Assembly: GCA_963662285.2 (NCBI GenBank)
Contig: CAXXMV010000008.1
Span: 224,001-288,000 of the forward strand
Origin: a bacterium
Lineage (GTDB): Bacteria > Hinthialibacterota > Hinthialibacteria > Hinthialibacterales > Hinthialibacteraceae
Direction: 5' to 3'
Length of the DNA stretch: 64,000 nucleotides
Shown: piece after piece, positions 1 to 9,488 of the stretch
Layout of the letters: the number at the start of each line of letters is the position of its first letter
Position numbering within the stretch: position 1 is the first letter of the stretch
Translations under genes and position numbers: made by a program
The notes under the pieces: model-generated
Told to the model about the DNA's origin: nothing
The model's database searches: none
The model's input: only the letters and a program-made list of their open reading frames with translations

Positions 1-163
1 CTTTAGCCATATGACGCAAGGCCACCAGCAAGGCCTTTTCATCCTGTTCGTGTTCATAGTCTTCAATTACAGTTTGAAAAAAAGCGGGCGCCAATTCTGG
101 ATTTTTTTCAAACTGCTCGTCCACAACCTCGTCAAATGTTCTATATTTAATCTTTTTGCTCAT
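1..163 (-). CDS. Addiction-module antidote protein (antitoxin), truncated by window edge
   Basis: Hand-translated from ATG at 163: MSKKIKYRTFDEVVDEQFEKNPELAPAFFQTVIEDYEHEQDEKALLVALRHMAK...; overlaps the toxin end; ALRxxAK motif typical of these antidote proteins. Confidence 0.75.
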   Translation of the reverse strand, partial: MSKKIKYRTFDEVVDEQFEKNPELAPAFFQTVIEDYEHEQDEKALLVALRHMAK

Positions 164-467
164 GGTATTGACTCCAATATTCCAAAGCCTTTTCAATATC
201 CCGTTTCTGAGAGCTTTTACCGCCGCCGCACAGTAGAACGATTAACTTGTCCCCATCTCTGCCAAAGTAAACACGTAAACCCCCATCAAAAAACAACCGT
301 AGTTCAAAAATTCCCGCCCCTACTCTCTTATAATCGCCTAAGTTTCCATTCTCCAATCTAAAAATACGCTTCTGAACACGTAATTTCGTGAGTGTTGGAA
401 GCGATTTCAACCATTCGATAAACGGTTCATTTCCTCTATCATCTTGGAAAACATAAACAGTAAACAT
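147..467 (-). CDS. Type II toxin, RelE/ParE superfamily (addiction-module killer protein)
   Basis: GNLGDYKRVGAGIFELRLFFDGGLRVYFG...LLCGGGKSSQKRDI motif. Confidence 0.9.
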   Translation of the reverse strand: MFTVYVFQDDRGNEPFIEWLKSLPTLTKLRVQKRIFRLENGNLGDYKRVGAGIFELRLFFDGGLRVYFGRDGDKLIVLLCGGGKSSQKRDIEKALEYWSQYHEQKD

Positions 468-565
468 GTTTAAATGTACCCTATAGGGAACACTTTGTCA
501 AGATTTCTTTTCTGCTCTCAAAATAGTGTTATGCTACATTCGCTCGCTACTGAATATTCAGAATT

Positions 566-1021
566 CTAATCCCAGCGGTTGCCAATGGAGATTTTGTCTA
601 CTGTTTTTGACTGCGCCCACTCCAGTATTTCACGGGTGGTTTGGGGATAGATCACCATATGCGGCAAGTCTTCTATACGATGCCACTGGGCGTCACGCAG
701 AACTTTATCAGGATTAACCTTCATATCGCCGCCGGTAATTTTGGCTTCAAAATAATAATTGATAACATGCCTATGAAGATCCGGGGGGATGGTCTCCGAA
801 ATAAAAATCATATCGCCCAGTTCAATATCGAGGCTGCATTCTTCGAGCAGTTCACGCTTGGCGGCTTCTTCCAGGGTCTCGCCGAATTCAACCCCACCGC
901 CGGGGATAAGCCAATATTCTCTGTTGTTCTTTTCATGTTGCACCAGAAGAATCTTGTCTTCTTTAATGATAATAGCGGCGACTCTATTTCGGATATGGGT
1001 TTTCTTATTGGATTCGTTCAT
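566..1021 (-). CDS. NUDIX hydrolase
   Basis: Nudix box GGGVEFGETLEEAAKRELLEECSL. Confidence 0.92.
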   Translation of the reverse strand: MNESNKKTHIRNRVAAIIIKEDKILLVQHEKNNREYWLIPGGGVEFGETLEEAAKRELLEECSLDIELGDMIFISETIPPDLHRHVINYYFEAKITGGDMKVNPDKVLRDAQWHRIEDLPHMVIYPQTTREILEWAQSKTVDKISIGNRWD

Positions 1022-1162
1022 AGTTTTTCTTAGTTAATCCAGTATTAATAAGTTATTTATATTCAGATTAAGGTATTTTGATACATCAATAAAGAACTAT
1101 TGAAGGCATTATCTTAGATTTGACCTCAATTAATAGTGATAGGATTCAAGAGGGGTGGTTTT

Positions 1163-1206
1163 TGTCTGAATCTGGATGTAACAGATGGGTGGGATATTCA
1201 TGATTT
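1163..1206 (+). repeat. TGTCTGAATC(T/A)GGAT repeat family with 9-nt periodic GAT, copy 1
   Basis: tgtctgaatctggat gtaacagat gggtgggat attcatgat; related copies at 21774, 21925 (inverted) and 42928. Confidence 0.7.
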
Positions 1207-1308
1207 TATGTTATTTTATGATTATAATAATTTGTGAGTTTTGCCCATGCGCGGGTGATCGCATCAATAACTGACAACACCAATTCAACGGAATGAAAAG
1301 ACAAATCA

Positions 1309-1812
1309 ATGAAACAATCGTGTATGATATGTGCAGTTATAGCGATGCTTCTAAACACGGCCTGCTCTTCTACGCCCGATCTACATAGGGTAACGCTTCA
1401 TAGCCAAACTTTCGGAGAAGAATTCTATTGCTTTTACTCTTTCACAGCGGGGAAATTGAAACCACCCCCCGATGCTGATCTGGTTGATATTCTTTATTAC
1501 TTCGATAGTGACGATTGTTCCCAAGGAGCACTCATCGGTAACAATGATTGTCCTGGTTTTCTCTTTCCACTAGGCCAAAAGTCTTGGAGAGAATTGTTAA
1601 CGTTTAATACTCCTCCTAAGGATGAAGAATCTGTAGGGGCAATCCTGCCTCTAACCAAGGATAAAGAGGGATTGGCGTTCCGAGTGAAAATAAGAAGCGG
1701 AGAGTTTATTCCGGTAAGAATCAAATCAATAAAATCCACCTCTTATTCGGATCTTATCTCAGGTGGATCCGCAGAAATTGAATTAGAGTGGGCCTGGCCA
1801 AATCACAAATGA
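1309..1812 (+). CDS. Hypothetical lipoprotein
   Basis: Signal peptide with lipobox-like LNTAC; 167-aa ORF. Confidence 0.65.
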   Translation: MKQSCMICAVIAMLLNTACSSTPDLHRVTLHSQTFGEEFYCFYSFTAGKLKPPPDADLVDILYYFDSDDCSQGALIGNNDCPGFLFPLGQKSWRELLTFNTPPKDEESVGAILPLTKDKEGLAFRVKIRSGEFIPVRIKSIKSTSYSDLISGGSAEIELEWAWPNHK

Positions 1813-2088
1813 AACACGCTGCCAGGAATCAGTATAATCGATAACAATGGTCTCAGGTGCGGATCGTTTAGAAATGGATAAATAGACGGAACTGTTAGGC
1901 CGCAGTTGATTTCCAGCAACGCTATGTTGCTACGCAGCTGAATTTGAGACGATAGGCTCCGGCATAGTTGCTGTCATTCTCGCAAATCAACACTATCAAA
2001 GAATCTGAAAGCGCATTACTAGCTTCTGTGATATATACTCTCAAGAACTGGATTCAGCCCGGCGCTACTTGAATCCCCAATTTAAAAA

Positions 2089-2131
2089 ATAGTTTTGATC
2101 TAAATATATTATATATTTAGATCAAAACTAT
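2089..2131. repeat. Perfect AT-rich palindrome, 21-bp arms with 1-nt spacer
   Basis: atagttttgatctaaatatat-t-atatatttagatcaaaactat. Confidence 0.9.
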
Positions 2132-2308
2132 GAGTATTATTCCACTCGGAAAGTAGAAATTTGTAGAGAAAGAATAGTTAGTATTATAATTTTTCAAGAA
2201 TTCAAAAAAAGTAATGTAATTTATGATCATGAAATATTATATACAGTTATTCTCATTATTGGTTATCTTTCTGGTTCATCTGGAATTATAATCCCATCTA
2301 ATTATCTA

Positions 2309-4846
2309 TCACTCGAAAAGTTCCCAAAGATTGGATTGGGAAAGGGCTTCCTTATAATCCGAATCGTCATACCAGGCGAAATTATCTTCCATTGAAGGGA
2401 TATTACCATAACTCGCTACATATTTCCACGTATACGTATCCTGATCCGGGACAATAGAAGCAAAAGCAAATTGACCATATACACGGTCTCCTGTATCGGT
2501 TATAAAGACTCTGGTTGATAATCCATAATAAAAATATGAAAGAGTGATCAGTATATCCTTCATAGCAGGGATGTTGGTGTTTCCAATACCCGATGACATT
2601 TGCGCAAAAGCGGCTAACCAGAGAGTGTCATAACTGCTATAATCGTAGATATTAGGGGCCATTCCGTACGTTTTATAGGTATCGATCACGCCTTCGATAT
2701 CTGGACGGATAAAGGTTTTTGTAGGATTATAAGAATAATCCACCAAAAATTCTGGCGAAACGGCAGGGGATAAGAATTTAACTTTGGCGGCAAACGAAGC
2801 CGCTTGAGAATTGGCAAGAATAGAATTTGCACGGAAATTGCCGTCACAACCTACCCATTGTACATTATTTAAGATGCTATTGCTGTCTACGGTAGCAAAA
2901 ATCTTATCTGCCTCATCATAAGAAATCAAAAGTATACCTGTATGCTTTTGTCCAAATTGATTCAGTGTGTTGTTTACTTTTGTTTCCAGTTCTGCAATTA
3001 AAGATTGGAATTCGGTTTGATTCGCTTCATAAGAAACACCATCCTCAACAAAACCACCCAGATTTTGAAATTTTGTTGTGAAAAGAGTTTTTAATTCGTT
3101 GCCATACAGGTCATTTCGCCATACAGGAATCACTGCGTTGATATTCAGAACGTGAAACATATGAGCAATGGCATCGGATTCCATATCATTGTCTAGCATT
3201 AAGAAAAATGCATTATCATCCAGCCCTCTAAAAGTTGTTACGTTGCTGCTCGGACTGATGAGGATGAAGTCATTTTGTTGCGAATAGTCCATAATGGCTT
3301 CCACTGACGAACTATCATAGGGACCAATGATGATGTGGGAATTATTAGAATTTTTTAGTTCACTCAATTTGGTTAAAGTGACATCAGGATCAGTTTCCGT
3401 ATCAATAGCATTTATCTGCAGTTCTCCGGAAACTCCTTCTGATTGAAGGAAAAAATTAAAATCTTCCGCCGCACTTTGAATGGCGCGCAGATTGGATTGA
3501 CCTAGCATGCTGAGGTCTCCGGATAAAGGAACAAAAGCAGGAATAATAAAGTTGCTGATTGTTTCTGGTAAAGCAAAGCCGCCAAGGTTTAAGGGAGGAT
3601 CGCCTAGCGGTTGTCCGCCTCTAAATAGGAAAGAAGCCATTGTTTTCCAAAAATAAGAGCCATCGGTTTTCTGAGAAATGGCATAAAAACCATAAGCCCC
3701 AAAATCCCGGTCTCCAACAGCATTTAAAATTACTTGGGAGGAATAGCCAACAAAATAATGAAGGGCTGTTTGAAAATTATTTTTTATGTCGTCTATATTG
3801 GTTGAATTGATTCCATAGTAGTATGTAAAGGCTAAAATATAACCGGCATCATAGGCATATATAGCGAAATTGTCTCCCAATATACCTGATTTTTCAAAGA
3901 GGATTCGTTTAAATCTTTGGGTTCCTGGATAGGTTGGCATAAGCCAATCAAAGGTGTCGTCACTATTGAAGATGGGGCAGATAAAGTCCGTCTTTACAGC
4001 GAAACTGGCAGCAATGGAATCTTTAAGGATGTTGGCATTTTGAGCCATACCATCATTTCCGATCCATTGGATAGAAGAAAGCACCGGATCACTGGATGCG
4101 CTTTGAAAGATTTCCTGAGTCTGGTCATAGGCGATGAGATGTACAGCAACACTATCTTTTGAACCTGTTTGCAATATGGCTTGATCTATCATGCTTCGCA
4201 AAGATTGAACAATAGAATTAAAATCGATGGTATTGGGATCAAATTGGATTCCATTGGTATATGTTATCCCTAATGTCTGAGCACTGGTTTGGGCGCTTTT
4301 ATACAGACTATTCCCAAAACTGTCATTCATATAGACTGGAATGACTGATTTGATTTCTTTGGCTTGCAGGTAATAAGCAATCGCCAAGCCTTGGACAGAA
4401 TCATCGGGAACGAGCCGGTAAATGTTATCTGCTACTGAGAGATCAACTGAAGAACTGCTAGGACTTAAAACAAGAATACCGTTTTGATCCACATAATCCT
4501 TGATAGCGGCTAACTCAGAACTGGTATAAGGCCCAACAATGGCATTGATTCCTTGAGCGGCTAGGGTTTTGATGGCGGCCAAAGCCTGGCTGGGATCGGA
4601 TGCCGTATCCATAATTGTCATGGTCATACGATAATCAATATTCTGCCGGGCGAAATAGGCGTTAACATCTTCCATGCATAATTCTAAAGCAGCTTTACCC
4701 GCTATTCCGTTAGAAGAGGCTGTACCCGTTAGCGGAAGCAATGCGCCCAGTTGTATTTCCTGGGTTGCCGAATAACTAGCAATGCCAGATAGAGAAAGAA
4801 ATAATAAGCCAATCAGGAAAAGACTGAAAAGGTTAGACGATTTCAT
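2309..4846 (-). CDS. Secreted protein with two tandem LivJ-like (type 1 periplasmic binding) domains and C-terminal WELFE tail
   Basis: Start MKSSNL at 4846 with AGGAG RBS; signal peptide; two repeats of LPLTG/VPLSG...DT.SDP/DT.TDP...VGPY/IGPY..S...SPSS; ends SQSNLWELFE. Confidence 0.85.
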   Translation of the reverse strand: MKSSNLFSLFLIGLLFLSLSGIASYSATQEIQLGALLPLTGTASSNGIAGKAALELCMEDVNAYFARQNIDYRMTMTIMDTASDPSQALAAIKTLAAQGINAIVGPYTSSELAAIKDYVDQNGILVLSPSSSSVDLSVADNIYRLVPDDSVQGLAIAYYLQAKEIKSVIPVYMNDSFGNSLYKSAQTSAQTLGITYTNGIQFDPNTIDFNSIVQSLRSMIDQAILQTGSKDSVAVHLIAYDQTQEIFQSASSDPVLSSIQWIGNDGMAQNANILKDSIAASFAVKTDFICPIFNSDDTFDWLMPTYPGTQRFKRILFEKSGILGDNFAIYAYDAGYILAFTYYYGINSTNIDDIKNNFQTALHYFVGYSSQVILNAVGDRDFGAYGFYAISQKTDGSYFWKTMASFLFRGGQPLGDPPLNLGGFALPETISNFIIPAFVPLSGDLSMLGQSNLRAIQSAAEDFNFFLQSEGVSGELQINAIDTETDPDVTLTKLSELKNSNNSHIIIGPYDSSSVEAIMDYSQQNDFILISPSSNVTTFRGLDDNAFFLMLDNDMESDAIAHMFHVLNINAVIPVWRNDLYGNELKTLFTTKFQNLGGFVEDGVSYEANQTEFQSLIAELETKVNNTLNQFGQKHTGILLISYDEADKIFATVDSNSILNNVQWVGCDGNFRANSILANSQAASFAAKVKFLSPAVSPEFLVDYSYNPTKTFIRPDIEGVIDTYKTYGMAPNIYDYSSYDTLWLAAFAQMSSGIGNTNIPAMKDILITLSYFYYGLSTRVFITDTGDRVYGQFAFASIVPDQDTYTWKYVASYGNIPSMEDNFAWYDDSDYKEALSQSNLWELFE

Positions 4847-5019
4847 AATAGTAGACTCCTCGCAAATAGAATTACTGAAGTTTACTAGTTTCCTTTCAGA
4901 AAACAAACATTATTATTTCAGGAAGAATTATAATTGAGGAGACAAATAATTTAAAATAAGAGTTTCTAGCAAAAAGAAAAAAAGTTCTCTTTTGTACAAA
5001 CAGTTTTGTTCAAGATACT

Positions 5020-5294
5020 GTGTTTGACAATGTCGTTGATTTGGTAGTAACTCCAGATGGATCAAAGATATATGTTACGGAATCCGTAACATATATAATC
5101 CTGGAGTCGGAACTGGACCTCTTTTCCAGGAACCACGAGGGATTGCGATGGAGTCGAATGGTAACTTTATCGTAGTGGATCAAGGACTGGACACTGTATT
5201 CAGAGTCTTCGCCGATTCCGGCAACCGGGTTGTATTGTCGAATGAAGAATTTGGAGTAGATATCCTAACTTCTTCTGTATGGAAATTATTCTTC
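5020..5294 (+). pseudogene. Remnant of an NHL/beta-propeller repeat protein gene
   Basis: Frame 1 VFDNVVDLVVTPDGSKIYVTES, then a frameshift to GVGTGPLFQEPRGIAMESNGNFIVVDQGLDTVFRV...LTSSVWKLF; no signal peptide or RBS; abuts the parE stop. Confidence 0.55.
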
Positions 5295-5298
5295 GGTT

Positions 5299-5598
5299 TT
5301 AATCCGAAAAATAATTGGTTATGTCTATTTTTTGATGGGGAACGCCGATGATAATAATTCCGAGTTCTTGGATTGTGTAGAAAACCAGGTGTTCACCTTG
5401 AGGAAAACAGTAATATCCTTCTTCAATATCAGGACGATGCCGCCCCAATTGAGGATTTTCACTTAACCATTGAAATCGCTTATCAAGATTCCGCAGATAA
5501 GTGTTGCGTTGTTCCTTGCCCCATCGTTCGAGCGTATAATAACCAATTTTTTTAAGGTCTTCTTTTGCTCTGGGTGTAATCCTGAAATTTGGTATCAA
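5299..5598 (-). CDS. parE: ParE-family type II toxin
   Basis: FRITPRAKEDLKKIGYYTLERWG..Q...Y; GRHRPDI; HLVFY; GVPHQKID. Confidence 0.9.
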   Translation of the reverse strand: MIPNFRITPRAKEDLKKIGYYTLERWGKEQRNTYLRNLDKRFQWLSENPQLGRHRPDIEEGYYCFPQGEHLVFYTIQELGIIIIGVPHQKIDITNYFSD

Positions 5599-5843
5599 GA
5601 TCCCTGATCCAGTTCAGATATGATATTCTCAATAGAATATCCTTCTACAAATTCACCGCGTTTTGCTTCTTCCGCTCCTTGTTTCAAATGCGCCCGCAGG
5701 GCCTCGAGTTTATGCTTTCGCTCTTCCAGTTCCCGCAAAGCATCACGTACTACTTCACTGGCAGAGCCATAACGCCCGTTTAACACTTCGTTTTTGATAA
5801 AGGTTTCCCAATGCTCTCCAAGAGACAAACTCGTATTAGCCAT
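5595..5843 (-). CDS. parD: ParD-family (ribbon-helix-helix) antitoxin
   Basis: NTSLSLGEHWETFIKNEVLNGRYGSASEVVRDALRELEE; 4-bp overlap with toxin. Confidence 0.92.
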   Translation of the reverse strand: MANTSLSLGEHWETFIKNEVLNGRYGSASEVVRDALRELEERKHKLEALRAHLKQGAEEAKRGEFVEGYSIENIISELDQGS

Positions 5844-5915
5844 GCCGTTTCTCCATATTCATATATATTCAATATGAGTATATCTCTTTTGGGATATTTC
5901 GACTAGTTATCAATA

Positions 5916-6359
5916 TCAGAAATTCTTCTCAATAGAAAGTAGATTATCGAGAACTCTTTTCAGATTACTTTCAAAACGTTCAATCTCATCTTTATCGAAA
6001 TCACTATAAAACATTCGAGTCATTTCTTGAGATATCCGTACATATTCTTTTTGGAAGGCTTTATCTTTTTCGGTTCGTTGGATCAGAATCTTTCGACGGT
6101 CTTCGGTTGAACGCACCCGTTCAATAAAACCAGCTTTTTCCAACCTATCCAACATGCTGGTTAGAGTAGACTTGCCTAACGATGTTTGCTGAGCTAGTTC
6201 CTGTATGGTAATCCCGTCATTTTGCCATAGAACGAACATGATGCGTCCCTGGGCGGGATTAATTTCCACACCGGTATCACGCAGCAGGCGTGAGAATATC
6301 CGTCCTCCCACCTGATGAATCTTGGCTATTAGAAAACCACCTTGCTTGGCGTCTTTCAT
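5916..6359 (-). CDS. MarR-family transcriptional regulator
   Basis: wHTH ITIQELAQQTSLGKSTLTSMLDRLEKAGFIER...DRR. Confidence 0.92.
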   Translation of the reverse strand: MKDAKQGGFLIAKIHQVGGRIFSRLLRDTGVEINPAQGRIMFVLWQNDGITIQELAQQTSLGKSTLTSMLDRLEKAGFIERVRSTEDRRKILIQRTEKDKAFQKEYVRISQEMTRMFYSDFDKDEIERFESNLKRVLDNLLSIEKNF

Positions 6360-6826
6360 TCCTGATTCCCTAAATCCAATTCATAGGCGCTTGAGTGATA
6401 CCATCCCTTAGCCATAGTTGGTTTGAGTCTCAGGATACCATACTCCGGGCCTTCAAGACCTCCGGGATAATGAATCGTCCATTCATCACTCCACAGTGTT
6501 TTTTTGATGGCCGGATCAGTAACGACTTCGATTTCTCCGGCCAGCATTAATCCATGAAATACTTTGGCGTTACATAAATAAGCCGATACTTTTTGATTGG
6601 CGTGTAGTTGCTTCATCTTTTCAGAATGGTTGTGGGTGGTGAAATAGATCGAAAAACCGTCCTGAGCTTCGATAAAAGAGGCCGCATGGGGGAACTGGGT
6701 GTGATTATGCAGGTTCACCATCGCCCTGGTTTGCGGGTACCCCTCACTATTGATAGTACTTAGAAATATTGCGTCCGCTTTTTGTATGAGTTCTAGGCAT
6801 TTTTGTTTTAGGTCTGTTTGATTCAT
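6356..6826 (-). CDS. Pyridoxamine 5'-phosphate oxidase-like FMN-binding protein (general stress protein 26-like)
   Basis: LSTINSEGYPQTRAM, IYFTT...SEKMKQL, YPGG..PEY..LRL; start taken at MNQTDL (6826). Confidence 0.85.
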   Translation of the reverse strand: MNQTDLKQKCLELIQKADAIFLSTINSEGYPQTRAMVNLHNHTQFPHAASFIEAQDGFSIYFTTHNHSEKMKQLHANQKVSAYLCNAKVFHGLMLAGEIEVVTDPAIKKTLWSDEWTIHYPGGLEGPEYGILRLKPTMAKGWYHSSAYELDLGNQE

Positions 6827-6880
6827 TATATGCATCCTTTCTAGCCTATAGAAATATATCAAACATTTTGAGCGCTGCTT

Positions 6881-8017
6881 TTATTCCAGGCGCATCCAAT
6901 AGGCCCATCCCCATAATGGCTCAGTGACTTCAGAGCGAATGAGAATCTCGTTATCCCCTTTTTTTAATGGCAATGCAACCTCAAACTGATCGGGTATTAA
7001 GCGACCGAAGCCGTCTTCCGGGCTGCGGCCTGGATCGTAGAAGCCGCGTGGTTGGCCTTTAAATACCTGCTTGCCATTACACCACATTGTCATGCGGTCA
7101 GTGTAAGATACCCAACTCTTTTTGACTATCTCATCTTCCGACTTAACAGTGTTGCGGGCAAAGACAATTCCTTTACTGATATCATCCATAAACTCAGCGG
7201 CTAAGTTTACTATGCCCCGGCGGTCTGATGCTATTGTGCGCCATGATTTGTTTTTAAGTTCTTCTGGAAGTGTTTCTGTACCCAAGTCTGCGGGGTATTT
7301 GTGGGATATTTCCCACTTTTTAATGATGTTTTGTTGGCTGACTTGTTTCCACGAATCTTCCAGAACGGGTTTGACGGAATCCGGCGGGATAGTCGTTATT
7401 CGGAGATTACGAATATAAACCGACATGTGATATATCCAGAAACGGATGCCTCCCCGACTGGTGGGAAGATCATACATTGTATAAACCGGATCGGGGTCGC
7501 CGTTAACGTATAGGTTGGCAATCTCCCGGTCTGCATCTAGGCGTAGTTTGATCCATTGATCTTTTTTATAATCGATTTGTATTTGTGAATATGGGTAGTG
7601 TTTCCAGGATGTATTATCGTTCCAGCGACCGGCTTCTTCAAAAGCGATTTTGCCATCTTTCTTGGGCATATAAAAGCCAACATTCGATGCTCTAGAGCTA
7701 TCGTTGCTTACGTAAAAATCTAATCCAACGAATCCTCCGCCATCATTGGCGCAACGTACTTCAAACTCGATCCGGCAGTTGTTCCATGTTTCATCTCCTG
7801 CCTGAGCGCCCACTGTTGGTAGTTTCTCTTGAGTGGAAGAAAAATGATAGAAGGTTTCCCCTTGAGGGTTGGTGAAGTAGGTTTCCGGCGCAGTTTTCCA
7901 GGCTTGATTGGCTTTTCCATCCAGTTTGTCCTCAAATAGAACAGTTCCCGGATCGGGATTAGAAACCACGTTTAACTGAATGAAGCAAAGCAGGCTAATT
8001 AGTGTTCCCAAACGCAT
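6881..8017 (-). CDS. Secreted protein with LamG/DUF1080-like beta-sandwich domain and C-terminal carbohydrate-binding-like domain
   Basis: Signal peptide; WNNCRIEFEV, WIKLRL, GGIRF, YIRNLRIT; C-terminal WCNGKQVF...LKKGDNEILI. Confidence 0.6.
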   Translation of the reverse strand: MRLGTLISLLCFIQLNVVSNPDPGTVLFEDKLDGKANQAWKTAPETYFTNPQGETFYHFSSTQEKLPTVGAQAGDETWNNCRIEFEVRCANDGGGFVGLDFYVSNDSSRASNVGFYMPKKDGKIAFEEAGRWNDNTSWKHYPYSQIQIDYKKDQWIKLRLDADREIANLYVNGDPDPVYTMYDLPTSRGGIRFWIYHMSVYIRNLRITTIPPDSVKPVLEDSWKQVSQQNIIKKWEISHKYPADLGTETLPEELKNKSWRTIASDRRGIVNLAAEFMDDISKGIVFARNTVKSEDEIVKKSWVSYTDRMTMWCNGKQVFKGQPRGFYDPGRSPEDGFGRLIPDQFEVALPLKKGDNEILIRSEVTEPLWGWAYWMRLE

Positions 8018-8273
8018 AATTGATATACCTCCCAGCTATTTTGATATAATTTTAGTTCGATATAATATTGTACTATATAGTACCTTATAGCAATCAAAAC
8101 ATACTGTCAATAGGATTCCGGGCGCCTTAAGTTTCTTGATTTTTGTCTAGAACGAGGGTTACATTCATTCATATTCAATCGTTTCATTAAACAAAATAGC
8201 ATTTTATGCTATTTTGTTGCAATATTATAAGATGATTATTATTAATTATGTCATATTCAAAAAGGAGATTTTG

Positions 8274-9296
8274 ATGAAAAAGATCATTCCATTCATGATG
8301 TTTTCGTTTTTGTTTACTAGTGTATTTATTGCCACTGTACATTCAGTGACAATACCTGATTTGATGCAGGAATTAAAAAAACAAGCCGAAACCTATAATA
8401 GTTATTATGCAATTACTCTATGCAAGAGATTACATAATACAAAAAATGAAAAAATCAAAAACTTTGGAGCGCCAAGTAAAGCGTTAAACCTTATAATAAT
8501 AGACGGAGATCATATCCAAGCGGAAAGATATACAGAAATTGAAATTAATAATCAAGATGGTTTGGTGAAAGATCGGGAATCAACCAAGATGTATTATGAT
8601 GGCAAAAAATCTACATTGTATCATTTTGACGGAAATTCGGCAGATATAACAAATAAAAAGATTTTTCAATTATCCTTTGCGGATTATGCCAATGGTTTTA
8701 TTGATACACTACAGAACGATACAATTATCAATTTCTTGCAAAGGGCGCTGACTCAAGCCAAAAACACAAATGCTTCAATAGAAAAACATATTTCTTTGAA
8801 AGAAGATGAGACAAGAGTTTATATAAAGATATCAGATGTAAAAGGCAACCCATTCAAAGATATATCTCTAACCTTGCGGAAAGATAGGAATTATTTGATA
8901 GAAAAGGCTATATGTAATTTCGTAGCAATGGTCAGAGAAACGAAAGTCCTGGATTATAAAAAAGATGAAAATGGAGTTTGGCATCCCCTGCGTGGTTCGA
9001 TAGGATTCAACAATGGCGACATAAGTTACGTAGACTTCTTATTCTTTAGCACGTCTGATAAATACACAAATGTTGTGGATGATTTTACTTTAGATAAAGG
9101 AACTCTTGTTATTGAACATTCTCCGGGTGATGAAAGCGTCAATGATAATAATGGTGAAGTCTGTAAATATAAACCAGGCAGTATTGTAGGTGGTTTAGAA
9201 AAGCCGTTGCCAAAGGGCAATGAAAACACAAAATTTGAATTATGGGGCAAAAACTATGAAGAATTGCAAAGTTTTTTCAATGCAATTGAATATTAA
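8274..9296 (+). CDS. Hypothetical secreted protein
   Basis: AAGGAG RBS before ATG 8274 (MKKIIP); signal peptide. Confidence 0.7.
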   Translation: MKKIIPFMMFSFLFTSVFIATVHSVTIPDLMQELKKQAETYNSYYAITLCKRLHNTKNEKIKNFGAPSKALNLIIIDGDHIQAERYTEIEINNQDGLVKDRESTKMYYDGKKSTLYHFDGNSADITNKKIFQLSFADYANGFIDTLQNDTIINFLQRALTQAKNTNASIEKHISLKEDETRVYIKISDVKGNPFKDISLTLRKDRNYLIEKAICNFVAMVRETKVLDYKKDENGVWHPLRGSIGFNNGDISYVDFLFFSTSDKYTNVVDDFTLDKGTLVIEHSPGDESVNDNNGEVCKYKPGSIVGGLEKPLPKGNENTKFELWGKNYEELQSFFNAIEY

Positions 9297-9488
9297 GGAT
9301 AGCGAATTAATCGCCGAACCAAAGACAAGGCAAAGCCTGACCTTGAGGGATACAAATACCGTAAGTTAAAGTATCAAGGGCTGATCGCATTACGGTTCTG
9401 CCCTTGGTTTACATCTACACCTTCTAAAATCTGACTGAATTATTTTTAGTTTTTTCAAAATAAGAAAAAGGAGTTTAATATCAATAAT

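Noticed and set aside
6881-6910. C-terminus WGWAYWMRLE as another W-tail
   Set aside because: It lacks the [ST]-x-[VAS] lead-in, linker and W-x-[LM] pattern, and looks like the last beta-strand of the domain.
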